Assembly: GCA_964016885.1 (NCBI GenBank)
Contig: OZ024760.1
Location: 32,488,001 to 32,552,000 of the forward strand
Length of the DNA: 64,000 nt
Source: Eledone cirrhosa
Taxonomy: Eukaryota
Direction of reading: 5' to 3'
In this document: positions 1-13,475 of the stretch, in pieces
Layout: each line of letters begins with the position of its first letter
Position numbering within the stretch: position 1 is the stretch's first letter
Notes under the pieces: generated by a model
The model's database searches: none
What the model saw: only the letters and a program-made list of their open reading frames with translations
Told to the model about the DNA's origin: nothing
Position numbers and translations under genes: made by a program

Positions 1-2822
1 CGTGACCAGTCATAACTGTGGGAACTCAGTGTCTAAAGAAACCGGGTACTGTGTGTAGAGTTATGTATAGATAGCGTAATTAGTCTTAACTGAGTGTGTA
101 ATACGTCTAGCTATATCCTAACCGAGAGAACTCAATGGCTAGGGTATCCTAAAGTAATGGTGAATGCGCGTAATCGGTCTTACCTGAGTGTGTAATCATT
201 CTAACTATTTACTAACTAGGTATTCTAATGTGCACTCAGCTGTGAGAACTCTGTGGAAACAGGCCGAGTACCGTTTGTAGGTGCGCAAACGATCTTCGCT
301 GTCTAACTACCTGAGTGTGTGATTGTTTGTTTTTTTGCTAATTGAGAGAACTCTATGGCTAAAGTAGAGAGGGAGGAGTTAATGGTAGGTTACTTTCCAA
401 AAATCCTACGGAAAGTTTTCGAGGTTCTATGTTGGCAGTTGCTGAAAAGATCCGCTCTCCTATTGATTAATAGGGGGCCGCCTCTAATAATATTAAAGGT
501 TTCAGCTATACACAAATTACAAACGCCAGTGCTGCCGTTATATGGCTGGGCTGAGCAAATTATGGACCAGGATAAGGAGTGCTCTATATTCTGTTGTTTA
601 AGCTGCCAGACTAATTCAGAAAGCGCCGTGCTATTTCTTTTATCTAATTATACCATCTATCCTTAAATTCAGTGGCAGTTGCCCCAACATACCTGAAGGT
701 TCTATCCAAAGTGGAGACCTTACAGTCGTAGACTATGTTTTTAGTGAGGAATTTCCCAGCCAAGGGGCAAGTGGCGGTGTTCCTGCAATTACATTTTCTG
801 TTATCGACCTGGGTAGTTTCAGAGGAACCACGGTACCTCTGGGGTCGGGTCTCAGTTCTTGTCTGCTCTATGGGTAAGTTCCCAGGAGTTTGGGTGACCC
901 GACTCACCTCACGTGTATGAGTCCGTTCATCCATAGAGCTGCCATTAATTCTGCCATGTCTCATCCCCTCTTGGGCTATCCTAAGTCTACTATAATTCAT
1001 CTTAGCTATATTCTGAGCTATGTTACTGGTTGTGGAGTAGGACAGCTTAATGGTATTCCTATTGAATATTTTATAGTATCTGTGTGATCTAGGGAAGCAT
1101 TTGTCTAAGGCCCTAAAGAAAAGCTTAGCTATACTAGTGGCCAGGCCAGTGGAGTAAGGAGGGTTATACCACAGGATTTTTCTGGTCCGATGCTTCTTGT
1201 TCTTGCTCTCTATACTGGAGTTAGTTATCTCCTTAGTTGCTACTGGTCTATTATAACTGAAAACTGCCTGTGGGTCGATGGTTTCCTGGGGTGTCCCGAT
1301 TGTGTTCGGAATTGTCCCATGTCTCCGGGGCGGTGTACCCATTGGGATTACCCTCGATAGCCGGGGTTATATCCACTATGCGCCTGCTACATTTATCCCT
1401 ATTCCCTCTACCCGACCCTCGTTCCATTTTACGTTCAACGGTTGTTTTATCAGTTCTACAATTAAGGTTACAATTAGAGTTTCCGCTGGCATTACGGTGC
1501 TCAGACCCCGTGTTTGTACCTGGGTGATTGGTTCCCTTGGTACCATCGACATTGGGACTAGGAGGCAATACAACATGAAGTCTATATTGATCCTCCCTTG
1601 TATCCCGCCTGCTGTTAACTAAAGTGTCACTATTTAGGCCTAAGCTATCGCAGGCAATGTTGCTACTACTATTTAATGGACGTTTGAAAGAGATTCCCTC
1701 GCTATGCCCCGCATATTCCAGGGCGCTATTATAGTAATTCGAGATCCTATTAAAGGTCTCTTCATTGGAAGATAGTCCTGAAATTCTACTAGAGACGCTT
1801 TTGGTAATACCGTTAGTGACTATTCTAGGGTGGTTCGATTTTTACATAATTTAGATTTTCGTTGGGTTTGTGGTAGGGTTGGAAGAGTCCTGAATTGAGG
1901 TTAAGTGTAACATCTAGAAAATTAACTATCTTCAGGTTTTCTTCAAACACTATACTTAGGTCTATGTTGTTGAAGAATTTGTTTAGTTTTTTCCTCACCC
2001 TCTCTACCATACTATTATTATGGAACGATACCGTAAACAAAACGTCGTCACGGTAAGCGCCACCTCCCAAGTGGGGCATTTCCACTCCGAGACAGTCGAG
2101 GAAGTAAAGGCCCACCAGATCCGTCACCTGGGCCGAGTCCGTGGATCCCATGGTGATGTCGAAATTGTCCGGCCAATCTTTCCTGGTCCACAAGTCACCG
2201 TTGAACTCAATTAAGGTTTTCCTAGCTAGGAGAATAATGTTAATTTCTTCAGATGTAAGGTCGGTGTGTAAGCTAGCAAAGTTTAGGGCCTTACCTAGAA
2301 GAATGGGAGAGATCGAAGAGTAGTAGTTAGAGATATCGAACTGTATAAACTTAGTGCTATTCTTATTCTGCGATTTCTCAAACCAGTTAATTACTTCACT
2401 AATTCCTGACCATAATTTAAGCTTCGATCTCCTAACTAGAGTAGGGATTATTTTATCAAGGATGTTTTTACTCACGATTCCTATGTCCGACTTCGAAGGG
2501 GCTATCAGCCTGACAGGTCTTGATGATTCAAAGTTTGTGGTCTTTCAATAAAATCCTCGGAATTCTAGGATGGAAGGGTTTGGTTTTATCCTCAATACCC
2601 AGTTTAGTCATGACGCTATTGGCCTCCGTGTTGATTAAAACCAGACTGGCCCGTGTAGTTTTTTGTAGCTTTTTCTAAGCTCTCTGATTATCAAGTCGTC
2701 ACCTGACGAGATCAGTGATAATCGATCATGGCTACACGATAGATCTATCTCTTATTGAAACATTTGTCGTGATTAAAACGATTGGAAATGTATACCATGC
2801 CTTCGGATCTTTATTTTGATAA
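1..2822 (-). mobile_element. Degenerate Penelope-like retroelement (RT + C-terminal GIY-YIG), probably Hydra clade
   Basis: Minus-strand ORF pieces: RT 1825-2475 (FDISNYYSSIS, MGSTDSAQVTDLVG, YRDD, NFLDVTL), KILWYNPPYS, CNCRNTATCPL (CxCx5C), NIVYDC..YVGAT..FKDR, and after a break STALSELVW..W.I...PY....CNLC..E down to ~410. Multiple frameshifts and stops. Abuts (TA)n at 2823. Clade assignment is from recalled motifs. Confidence 0.85.
2698..2773 (+). ncRNA. Type I hammerhead ribozyme in inverted terminal region of the PLE
   Basis: gtcac-CTGACGA-[gat...att long stem II]-GAAA-catttg-TC-gtgat; stem I gtcac/gtgat. Confidence 0.65.
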
Positions 2823-2927
2823 ATATATATATATATATATATATACATAGATAGTAAAAAAAAGTTAGGGCTCTACAAAGTATTGAGTACTGAACCTGAT
2901 TTTACTAGTTTAAACTGATCCCTTCCA

Positions 2928-3380
2928 ATCTCTCTCTTTCTCCCTACCTCTCTATGTCTCGCTCTCTCTTTCTCCCTCCCTCTGTCTATTTCTCCCTCCC
3001 TCTCTATGTCTCTCTCTCTCTTTCTCCCTCCCTCTGTCTATCTCTCTCTCCCTCTCTATGTGTGTCTCTCTCTCTTTCTCCCTCCCTCTGTCTATCTCTA
3101 CCTCCCTCTCTATGTCTCTCTCTCTTTCTCCCTCCCTCTGTCTGTCGGTCTCTCCCTCTCTATGTGTCTCTCTATCTCTTTCTCCCTCCCTCTGTCTCTC
3201 TCTCTCTCCCTCTCTATGTGTGTCTCTCTCTCTCTTTCTCCCTCCCTCTGCCTGTCTCTCTCTCTCCCTCTCAATGTGTCTCTCTCTCTTTCTCCCTCCC
3301 TCTGCCTGTCTCTCTCTCTCTTCCTCTCTATGTGTCTCTCTCTCTCTTTCTCCCTCCCTCTGTCTGCCTGTCTCCCCCTT

Positions 3381-3438
<58 letters not shown>
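2928..3438. repeat. (CT)n-rich compound micro/minisatellite
   Basis: Repeated ctctctttctccctccctctgt... units ending in pure (CT)n. Confidence 0.95.
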
Positions 3439-3442
<4 letters not shown>

Positions 3443-3562
3443 ATAAAGACTTATGTCCGGAACATTGAAACCTCCTCCACACCCACCAAACCTGACACCT
3501 AATATAACTGTCTACAGTTGCCTCCTGTCTTTTGTTCGTTCATTTTAGCTATATATACATGT

Positions 3563-3696
3563 GGAGGCACATGGCTTAGTGGTTAGAGCATTGGCCTTGC
3601 AATCGAAAGGATGTGAGTTCAATTCTCAGACCGGGTGATGTGTTGTTTCCTTGAGCAAGACCCTTTATTTCACATTGCTCCAGTTTACTCAGCTGT
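3563..3696 (+). mobile_element. tRNA-derived SINE (5' part)
   Basis: A box TGGCTTAGTGG (3572), B box GAGTTCAATTC (3615); same head on the minus strand at ~17910-18034 and ~46950-47087. Confidence 0.85.
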
Positions 3697-3724
3697 GGTG
3701 TTGCAAATAGTGTCAACTATCAAC

Positions 3725-5503
3725 TACCACCACCACCACCATCACTACCACCGTCACCATCACACTACCAGCACCAGCCCCACCACTACCATCATCACCA
3801 TCACCACCACTACACCCCACCACCACCATCACCACCACTACCACCGTCACCACCACTACACCCCACCATCAGCATTCATGATTAATCCGTATATCGATCC
3901 ATTAAACACTAATTAAACTATCGTGCACACACATACATACTGACACACACATACTGACACACACATACGGACACACACATACGGACACACACATACGGAC
4001 ACACACATACTGACACACACATACTGATACAACACATACTTACGACACACACATACGGACACACACATACTGACACATACATACTGACACATACATATTG
4101 ACACACACCAACATTCTGACACACACATACTGACACATACACACTGACATACACACACTGACACATATATACTGACACATACATAGACACACATACATAC
4201 ATAGACACACACACGCACACTGACACACCATCACACTAACACACACCAACACACACCAACAAACCACACCAACACAGCAACACACACCAACACACCACAC
4301 CAACACACCACACCAACACAGCAACACACACCAACACACCACACCAACACACCAACACACACCAACACACCAACACACACCAACACACCACACCAACACA
4401 GCAACACACACCAACACACCACACCAACACACACTAACACACCACACAAACACACCAACACACACCAACACACCACACCAACACACCAACACACACCAAC
4501 ACACCACACCAACACACCAACACACACCAACACACCACACCAACACACCAACACACACCAACACACCACACCAACACACCAACACACACCAACACACCAA
4601 CACACCACACCAACACACCAACACACACCAACACACCACACCAACACACCAACACACACCAACACACCACACCAACACACCACACCAACACACCACACCA
4701 ACACAGCAACACACACCAACACACTACACCAACACACACTAACACACCACACAAACACACCAACACACCACACCAACACACACCAACACAGCAACACACA
4801 CCAACACACACCAACACACCACACCAACACACCAACACACACCAACACACCACACCAACACACCAACACACCAACACACCACACCAACACACCAACACAC
4901 ACCACACCAACACACCAACACACACGAACACACCACACCAACACACCAACACACCAACACAGCAACACACACCAACACACCACACCAACACACCACACCA
5001 ACACACACCAACACACCAACACACACCAACACACCAACACAACACACCAACACACCAACACACCAACACACGAACACACCACACCAACACACCAACACAA
5101 CAACACACCACACCAACACACCAACACACACGAACACACCACACCAACACACCAACACACCAACACACCAACACACCAACACACCACACCAACACACCAC
5201 ACCAACACACACCAACACACCAACACACACCAACACACCAACACAACACACCAACACACCAACACACCAACACACCACACCAACACACCAACACAACAAC
5301 ACACCACACCAACACACCAACACACACGAACACACCACACCAACACACCAACACACCAACACAGCAACACACACCAACACACCACACCAACACACCACAC
5401 CAACACACACCAACACACCAACACACACCAACACACCAACACAACACACCAACACACCAACACACCAACACACGAACACACCACACCAACACACCAACAC
5501 AAC
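3725..5503. repeat. (CAC)n, (CA)-rich and caccaaca-type simple repeats
   Basis: Visible low-complexity tandem repeats. Confidence 0.95.
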
Positions 5504-5641
5504 AAAATAGATATCAAAACAAATATAAAATATGTCTAAAAGTCATTCTGAGTCATAACAACAACAACGACGACGACAGTCAACAGATGACAGATCAATT
5601 CATTATCAATATATCGATTCAACTACAACCCCACAACACAA

Positions 5642-6240
5642 TAAGACACTACACCCCCAACCCTGACCCCTAAGACACTACACCCCGTACTCCGGCCCCT
5701 AAGACACTACACCCCCCAACCCTGACACCTAAGACACTACACCCCCTACCTTGGCACCTAAGACATTACACCCCCCCAATCCTGGCCCCTAAGATACTAC
5801 ACGCCCCAACCCTGACCCCTAAGACACTACACCCCCCTACCCTGGCACCTAAGACACTACACCCCCAACCCTGGCACCTAAGACACTACACCCCCTATCC
5901 TGGCACCTAAGACACTACACCCCCTATCCTGGCACCTAAGACACTACACCCCCTACCCTGGCCCCTAAGACACTACACCCCCTATCCTGGCACCTAAGAC
6001 ACTACACCCCCTACCCTGGCCCCTAAGACACTACACCCCCCCAACCCTGACCCCTAAGACACTACACCCCCCTACCCTGGCCTCTAAGACACTACACCCC
6101 CCAACCCTGACCCCTAAGACACTACACCCCCCTACCCTGGCCTCTAAGACACTACACCCCCCAACCCTGACCCCTAAGACACTACATCCTCCAACCCTGG
6201 CACCTAAGACACTACACCCCCCCCCCAACCCTGGCCCCTA
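5642..6240. repeat. ~30-bp minisatellite (taagacactacaccccctaccctggcccc)
   Basis: About 20 tandem copies. Confidence 0.95.
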
Positions 6241-6355
6241 GGAAGCAACAGGAGGTAAACAACATTTTGTTGTTTCTGAAGTTTAATGTAATTTTTTTAA
6301 CTCTTTCAATTTGTCACATTTTAATGAGATTTCTCTCCTCTTCCTCCTACTACTA

Positions 6356-6410
<55 letters not shown>

Positions 6411-6589
6411 CACACACATATATATATATATAGTAATAATAATAAATTTGAAGACTAAAATCCAAAGAGGGCTCGATAAGGATAAATATATATCAGATAT
6501 ATAAGAACCGTAGAGCAAATATTTATTAAAATAACAGATTAAAGTTTAAGCAAAGAATCGCTGCTTTGGCCCTTAACGAGATCTTCTCA

Positions 6590-6637
<48 letters not shown>

Positions 6638-6638
<1 letters not shown>

Positions 6639-6890
6639 TCATCATCATCATCTTCGTTTAATGTCCATCTTCGATGCTAGCATGGGTTAGACGGAAGTTG
6701 TCCCACTTGAGGCAAGGCTGGTCGGGTGAGCGTGTCTCGCTCATATAGGACTGTCTGGCAGGTTTTCTACGGCTGGATACCCTTCCTAACACCAACCACA
6801 TTTACAGTGTGGACTGGGACGTTTTTAACGTGTTACCTACACGACCACATTAAAGCGTGGATTGTGTTTTTGTTGTGACACCTACACGAG
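6638..6890 (-). mobile_element. 5'-truncated RTE LINE 3' end
   Basis: (CAT)n tail plus ttttctacggctggatacccttcctaacaccaacc, matching the RTE 3' UTR at 18217-18460. Confidence 0.8.
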
Positions 6891-7176
6891 TATGGGACTA
6901 AATTGTAATTATGCAGAAAATGACACTACTATTATGTATGGTCTTCACCCCAGAGGTGTATATATAATATATACACACACATATATACATATATAACTAT
7001 GTATACACACACACATATATGCATAAACGCTCATAGATATACACACATATATATGTGATACATATACACACATAAGCAATGAGGGCGATGTCGAGTGTCT
7101 CAAACTTTTAAATATATTTCATATTGTTTTCTGTATTTATATATGTGTGTATGTATATATATATATATATGTGTGT

Positions 7177-7210
<34 letters not shown>

Positions 7211-7260
7211 ATGTATATATATATATATATGTGTGTATGTATATATATATATATATGTGT

Positions 7261-7298
<38 letters not shown>

Positions 7299-7431
7299 AT
7301 GTATATATATATATGTGTGTGTATATGTATATATATATACAAACACACATATACCCTGTCACTTACATTTCTGTCTCACTCGAACATGAAACTTACACAA
7401 ACATACATTTCTTATTTTAGCTCTGACACAC

Positions 7432-7462
<31 letters not shown>

Positions 7463-7989
7463 CACACACACCGTCTCTCTCTCTCACATACTTTAGTCTA
7501 TCTTTTTCGCCTCCCTCAATCATATTTACTCTCTCTACTATCTGTAACCCCTCTCTTTCTATACTTAGTGGGATTCCTCCCACTACATCTCTAATAGTAC
7601 TGACATACTTTTACCCATATTTCTCCCTCTTCCTTTTACTCCAACTTATGCTCTCTATCCTTCCCTCCCCCTCTAATCTTCAGTATCTCTCTATCCTTCC
7701 CTCCCCTCTGTCCTCATTCCTTCTATTTATCATTCATTTATCTAATCACTAACATTACCACATCTTTTCCATCTCCTTGTCAGCTGAAATAACTGCTAAC
7801 TTCAATATCACAGCCTTTCTTCTATAACCCTGCCTAACACACACTCTCTCACTCACCTCTCTACCACATTATAGCAATGTCCACCTTAACCGAATCATGT
7901 TTGTCTCCAACGATGGAGTCTTAGTTTGATTGTCTTACAACAACATTAATATAACAAGACTGGACAAGAACACCGTCAAAGTAAGTAAC

Positions 7990-8495
7990 TATACTATATT
8001 ACACTATACAATACGGTACTACACTATTATACTGTACTATACTATATTATACCATACTATACTGTATTATACGGTACTATACTACATTATACTATACTAT
8101 ATTGTACTATATTATACTGTACTATGCTATATAATGCAACACTATATATAACATTATACTATACTACAGAACATTACTATACCGAACTACATCATGCTAC
8201 AGTATACTATATCACACTATTATACCATACTATACTATACTACACCACACCACACTATACTACACCACACCGCACTACACTATACCACACTACACTATAC
8301 CACACTACATCACACCACACTACACTATACCACACTACATCACACCACACCACACTACACTATACCACACTACATCACACCACACCACACTATACCACAC
8401 CACACTACATCACACCACACTACACTATACCACACTACACCACACTACACTATACCACACTACATCACACCACACCACACCACACCACACTATAC
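7990..8495. repeat. (tacta)n/(cacca)n pentamer-type simple repeat
   Basis: Visible tandem repeat. Confidence 0.9.
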
Positions 8496-8854
8496 AATAC
8501 TTTCCATTTACATTCCTGTCTCATTCAACCAGTGGGAAATCCTTTCTTTTTCTCACTTTGTATATTTCTGTGTAATTGATTATATACAGTATATATATAA
8601 TACAATTATATATATACAATTATATATATATATATATATATACACATTCTATTTAATCTTATATATTTGTTATATCATAATAAAATGACATATATATATA
8701 TATATATGTTTCTTCATAATTATATTTTAAACTTATAGCTTCATTTATATGATTTTTGTGTGGTTGATTAATGCTGATTGGGAGAAGAAATACTGTATAT
8801 ATTTTATCTAATGATTCTATGATATATATATATATATATATATATATCCGTTAC

Positions 8855-8907
8855 CCAACAAAACAACTCAATATTTCTATCGATATATTTTCCTTTCTTC
8901 TGGCCAT
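8855..8907 (-). CDS. Possible first coding exon of a divergent minus-strand gene (MARRKENISIEILSCFV...)
   Basis: Unique sequence between TA tracts; acceptor tttacAG at 8968, ATG at 8907, donor GG|GTAACG at 8854; no downstream exon found. Confidence 0.25.
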
Positions 8908-9128
8908 CGTCTATTTTCTTCTTCAGTTTCTATATTTCACTAAAGCAATACTTTCTTCTTCTCCCCCCTGTAAATATTAATATATATATATCAAAAATTC
9001 AAAGAAGATTATATATATGTATATGTATATATATTAGGTTGTTTGAGCAGTGCTCCAGCATGGCCCGAGTCGTGGTGGCGAAAACCAAATTTGTTCATTG
9101 ACATTATTTTTTTCAACCTGGTCGAAGA

Positions 9129-9168
<40 letters not shown>

Positions 9169-9272
9169 TTAATATTTTATATATATATATATATTTAATA
9201 TTTTATATATATATATATATTTAATATTTTATATATATATATATATTTTATATATATATATATTTAATATTT

Positions 9273-9323
<51 letters not shown>

Positions 9324-9562
9324 TCAAAGAAATACATTCATTAATGTAAACAATTCATATATATGTATATATGTGTATATATATACACACACATATATAC
9401 ACACAGTCTATATTTTCTTAGTATATATAGAATACACTTTCAGCAGTGGGAAGAATAAACCGCCTAATTTAGTCGATTCTCTTTTATTAACCGTTTATAT
9501 AAATGGAACTATATATATAAACATACATGTGTATATATATATATATTATATATATATACTCT

Positions 9563-9751
9563 CTGAGTGTCCCCAAAAATGTATACTCATTTCAACACCC
9601 CAAAAAATGTATTAAAATAAATTGTTTATATGCATTACTTGAATTATGTAAACATTTTTGGGTGTTTACCTACATTTGAATTATGTCTGGAGATCATTTT
9701 ATTTTGCTGTACAGGTAATCAAAGTGTGTGTACATTTTAGGGGACACCCTG
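9563..9751. mobile_element. Tc1/mariner-type MITE
   Basis: Imperfect ~30-bp TIRs ctgagtgtccccaaaaatgtatactcattt / aaagtgtgtgtacattttaggggacaccctg, in microsatellite context. Confidence 0.75.
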
Positions 9752-9919
9752 TGTGTGTGTGTGTGTGTGTACACACACACTTTCGATGCCGGGTGTTGAG
9801 GCCGGATCTGGTTAGTTCCGACATCATTTGAACTTCAAAACTCATTTGTGGTTTACCCCAAAAAAACCTAAAATATCAACGAGGAGGCAACGCCGCCACT
9901 TTATACGTTCTTTCTTGTT

Positions 9920-10020
9920 TGAAACACTCTCGAGAGACTCTTGGCTTCAACGCGACGGTGCTTGGTTGTTTCGGCGTCTTGGCATCGCCATCTCCCGCGC
10001 TAATGGTTGCTCAATACTGT
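9920..10020 (+). mobile_element. Fragment of an RLE-type (CRE/NeSL-like) non-LTR retrotransposon C-terminus
   Basis: Translates WLFRRLGIAISRANGCSIL, resembling the L.QRLSIAIQRGNA..IL terminal motif of restriction-like-endonuclease LINEs. Confidence 0.5.
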
Positions 10021-10130
10021 TACAGGAAAACTCCAGTGACACTTGTTGTGGCGTATGGTTATGTGTGTGTGTGTGTGTGGGGGGGGGGGGGGGGTCTTCT
10101 CCCGCCCTCATATATATGTGTGTGTGTGTA

Positions 10131-10328
10131 CGAGACTCGACTGAAAAGTTCATAGGCCGACCAAGAGACTCTCATGGAATGACCAAATGAGGTTTATTTT
10201 CCAACATCGTCCATTGATAAAAACAATGCAGTTATTAATAAAAAGAGTTGGAATTAACGCATGCAAGATTTCACCGCTCTAGCACCACTCCTTCACAGTC
10301 AGCTTATAAACTTTTCACCTGACCCTCG
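10131..10328. mobile_element. Mariner-type MITE
   Basis: TIRs cgagactcgactgaaaagttcataggccgac / gtcagcttataaacttttcacctgaccctcg, TA on the left and TG(TA)n on the right. Confidence 0.75.
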
Positions 10329-10959
10329 TGTATATATATATATATATAGTATGAAGCTATAGTACTAGTATATAGTACTGACATATAGTACTAAGCTATG
10401 AGCCCTATCAATATTTCACTGGACGAATTTGTTCTATATTTTTATTTCATTTAACAGTATTTAGGTTACTTCCCTTGTCTAACGACCCCCCCCCCAGAGT
10501 TTTTCTCTCCTAATTGCACGGATAATCCCAGATAAACGACTATTATATGTTATATTTACATATATTTACATAATTGGAGGTAACCACAGTAAGTGGTTGT
10601 ATACACTCTACAATACATTAGTAGAGTGTATACAATAAATTTAATATAGAAATGGCTTCTACAGGACTACAACTGTTCCATTTTCCTTCGAATGAAGCCA
10701 TTATACAATGTTATCTAGTGTGGTACTGTGAAACATTAGTAGTGCACCATGGTTATAGTGTAATATATATATAGTACTATATGATAGTATGTAGTGTGGT
10801 AGAGTTAGAAGTTATATAGTACTAGCCCCAATGTCAGTGTTCCAAGTTTCTAGAATACATCTCTTTACAAGCTTCTTATATATCGTCTGTTATCACTGTT
10901 CACTTTATCTATAATTAACACCTTTCTTAAATGTTATTAGTACCACCACGTTTATCTAC

Positions 10960-11620
10960 ACCACCACCACCATATCTGTTCTATTATCACCACCACCATA
11001 TCTGTGCTATTATTACCACCACCACCACCACATCTGTTCTATTATCACCACCAACACCACATCTGTTCTATTATCACCACCAACACCACATCTGTTCTAT
11101 TATCACCGCCACCATATCTGTGCTATTATTACCACCGCCACCATATCTGTGCTATTATTACCACCACCACCACATCTGTTCTATTATCACCACCAACACC
11201 ACATCTGTTCTATTATCACCGCCACCATATCTGTGCTATTATTATCACCACCAACACCACATCTGTTCTATTATCACCACCAACACCACATCTGTTCTAT
11301 TATCACCACCACCATATCTGTTCTATTATCACCACCAACATCACATCTGTTCTATTATCACCACCACCACCACATCTGTTCTATTATCACCACCACATCT
11401 CTTCTATTATCACCACCACCACCACATCTCTTCTATTATCACCACCACCACCACATCTGTTCTATTATCACCACCACCACCACCATACCTGTTCTATTAT
11501 TATCACCACCACCACACCACACCGCCACACCACACCGCCTCTAACACACCACACCACCAACACACCACACCACCAACACACCACACCACACCACAACCAA
11601 CAACGTCACCACCACCACCA
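10960..11620. repeat. ~27-30-bp minisatellite (cacatctgttctattatcaccaccaac) grading into (CAC)n
   Basis: Visible tandem copies. Confidence 0.95.
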
Positions 11621-11855
11621 TACATCAGCCACTATTTTTCACCTATCACCGGCTGAAATCCAGCCTCGTTCCCGGAACTGAGATGTTTATAAACAAACTG
11701 TTGAATTCTGTCAACAAGTGAACGTCTGTAGGTACACACAGCCACATACACACACACATCTCTTATGTACACACACACAGCCACATACCCACACAGCTAC
11801 ACACACACACACACACATCTCTTATGTACACACACACAGCCACATACCCACACAG

Positions 11856-11923
<68 letters not shown>

Positions 11924-12947
11924 CCACATACACACACATCTCTTATGTACATACACACACACAGCCACACACATATACACACACATCTCTTATGTACAGG
12001 TAGGAACTTATATTAGTGTGTGTGGCTGTTTGTGTGTACAAACTTAACACACAGTCACACACATGCACACAGCCACACACTCACCTCTTGTCTGTGGCAA
12101 TATGTATTGTATATAGCAGCCACACATCACCTGTACAGGTAGATATCACACACCACTCCTGGCTCTCTATTGCTATGTTTACATAATTCCTGCTATCGTG
12201 TTGCCAAATTTCGGTGGTGGTGGTGGTGTTAGTCTTGGCGGTGGTGGTGTCAGTGGTGGCGGTGGTGGTGGTGTTAGTGGTGGTGTTGGTGGTGGTGTTG
12301 GTGGTGATGTTAGTGGTGGTGGTGGTGGTGGTGTTAGTGGTGGTGGTGGTGTTAGTGGTGGAGGTGGTGATAGTGGTGGTGGTGGAGGTAAGGATGCTAG
12401 AAATAGACTTGAGGCTTCTTACGTACAAATATTACATTGTCTACTTATAGTGGTGGTGCTAGAGGTGGTGGTGGTGGTGGTGCTAGAGGTGGTGGTGTTG
12501 GTGGTGGAGGTGGTGGCGGTGGTGGTTTAGTATTTTACCAGATTCCAAGTCTGTTTCTGTTAGCTGTAAACATACAACATATCTCTGCAATATTTCATAT
12601 TCTAGCTTGGTGAGATTGTAATACCAATCTATCAAACTATAGTCTACATTGTGTGTGTGTGTGTATATATATATATATGTACACACACAGACATGGTGTG
12701 TGTACATATATATATATATACGCACACGTACTAATGTATATGCCCAACTATAGTATATTGTGTGTATATATACATATATATACGCACACGTACTAATGTA
12801 TATACCCAACTATAGTATATTGTGCGTATATATACATATATATACGCACACGTACTAATGTATATACCCAACTATAGTATATTGGGTGTATATCAACTAA
12901 AATACTAATATATGTGTGTGTGTATATGTATATAAATGTATATTTAT

Positions 12948-13475
12948 ATCATCACTGTTTAATGTTCATTTTCTACGCTAGCATAGGTTAAACAACTTGT
13001 CCTGTTGAGACAAGCCAGGTGAGAGGACCATGTCTTGGTTTCTACGGTTGGATGCCCTTCCTAACACCAACCACACAGTGTAGACTGGGCGCTTTTTGTC
13101 ATGGCACCAAAATGACCACTTTACGGTGTGGCCTGGGAGATCTTTGTTGCGATACCAACACAACCATTTTACAGTGTGGCCTGGGAGATCTTTGTTGCGA
13201 TACCAACACAACCACTTTACAGTGTGGCCTGGGAGATCTTTGTTGCGATACCAACACAACCACTTTACAGTGTGGCCTGGGAGATCTTTGTTGCGATACC
13301 AACACAACCACTTTACAGTGTGGCCTGGGAGATCTTTGTTGCGATACCAACACAACCACTTTACAGTGTGGCCTGGGAGATCTTTGTTGCGATACCAACA
13401 CAACCACTTTACAGTGTGGCCTGGGAGATTTTTGTCGTGTCAGCAACACAACTACTTTACAGTGTGGACTGGGGA
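12948..13475 (-). mobile_element. RTE LINE 3' end whose 48-bp UTR unit is expanded to ~8 tandem copies
   Basis: RTE tail (ggatgcccttcctaacaccaacc) runs directly into acacaaccactttacagtgtggcctgggagatctttgttgcgatacca repeats. Confidence 0.85.

Noticed and set aside
3563-3640. tRNA gene
   Set aside because: A/B boxes continue into a SINE body that is repeated elsewhere in the window; no complete cloverleaf seen.
2952-5517. ER-, SL-, CV- and His-rich ORFs (also 7095-8688, 10931-12530, 15773-16750, 36962-37999)
   Set aside because: Simple-sequence repeat translations.
12542-12609. Candidate 5' UTR exon of SSX2IP (ccag|…ttg|gtgaga)
   Set aside because: A non-coding upstream exon must exist, but splice motifs alone cannot identify it.
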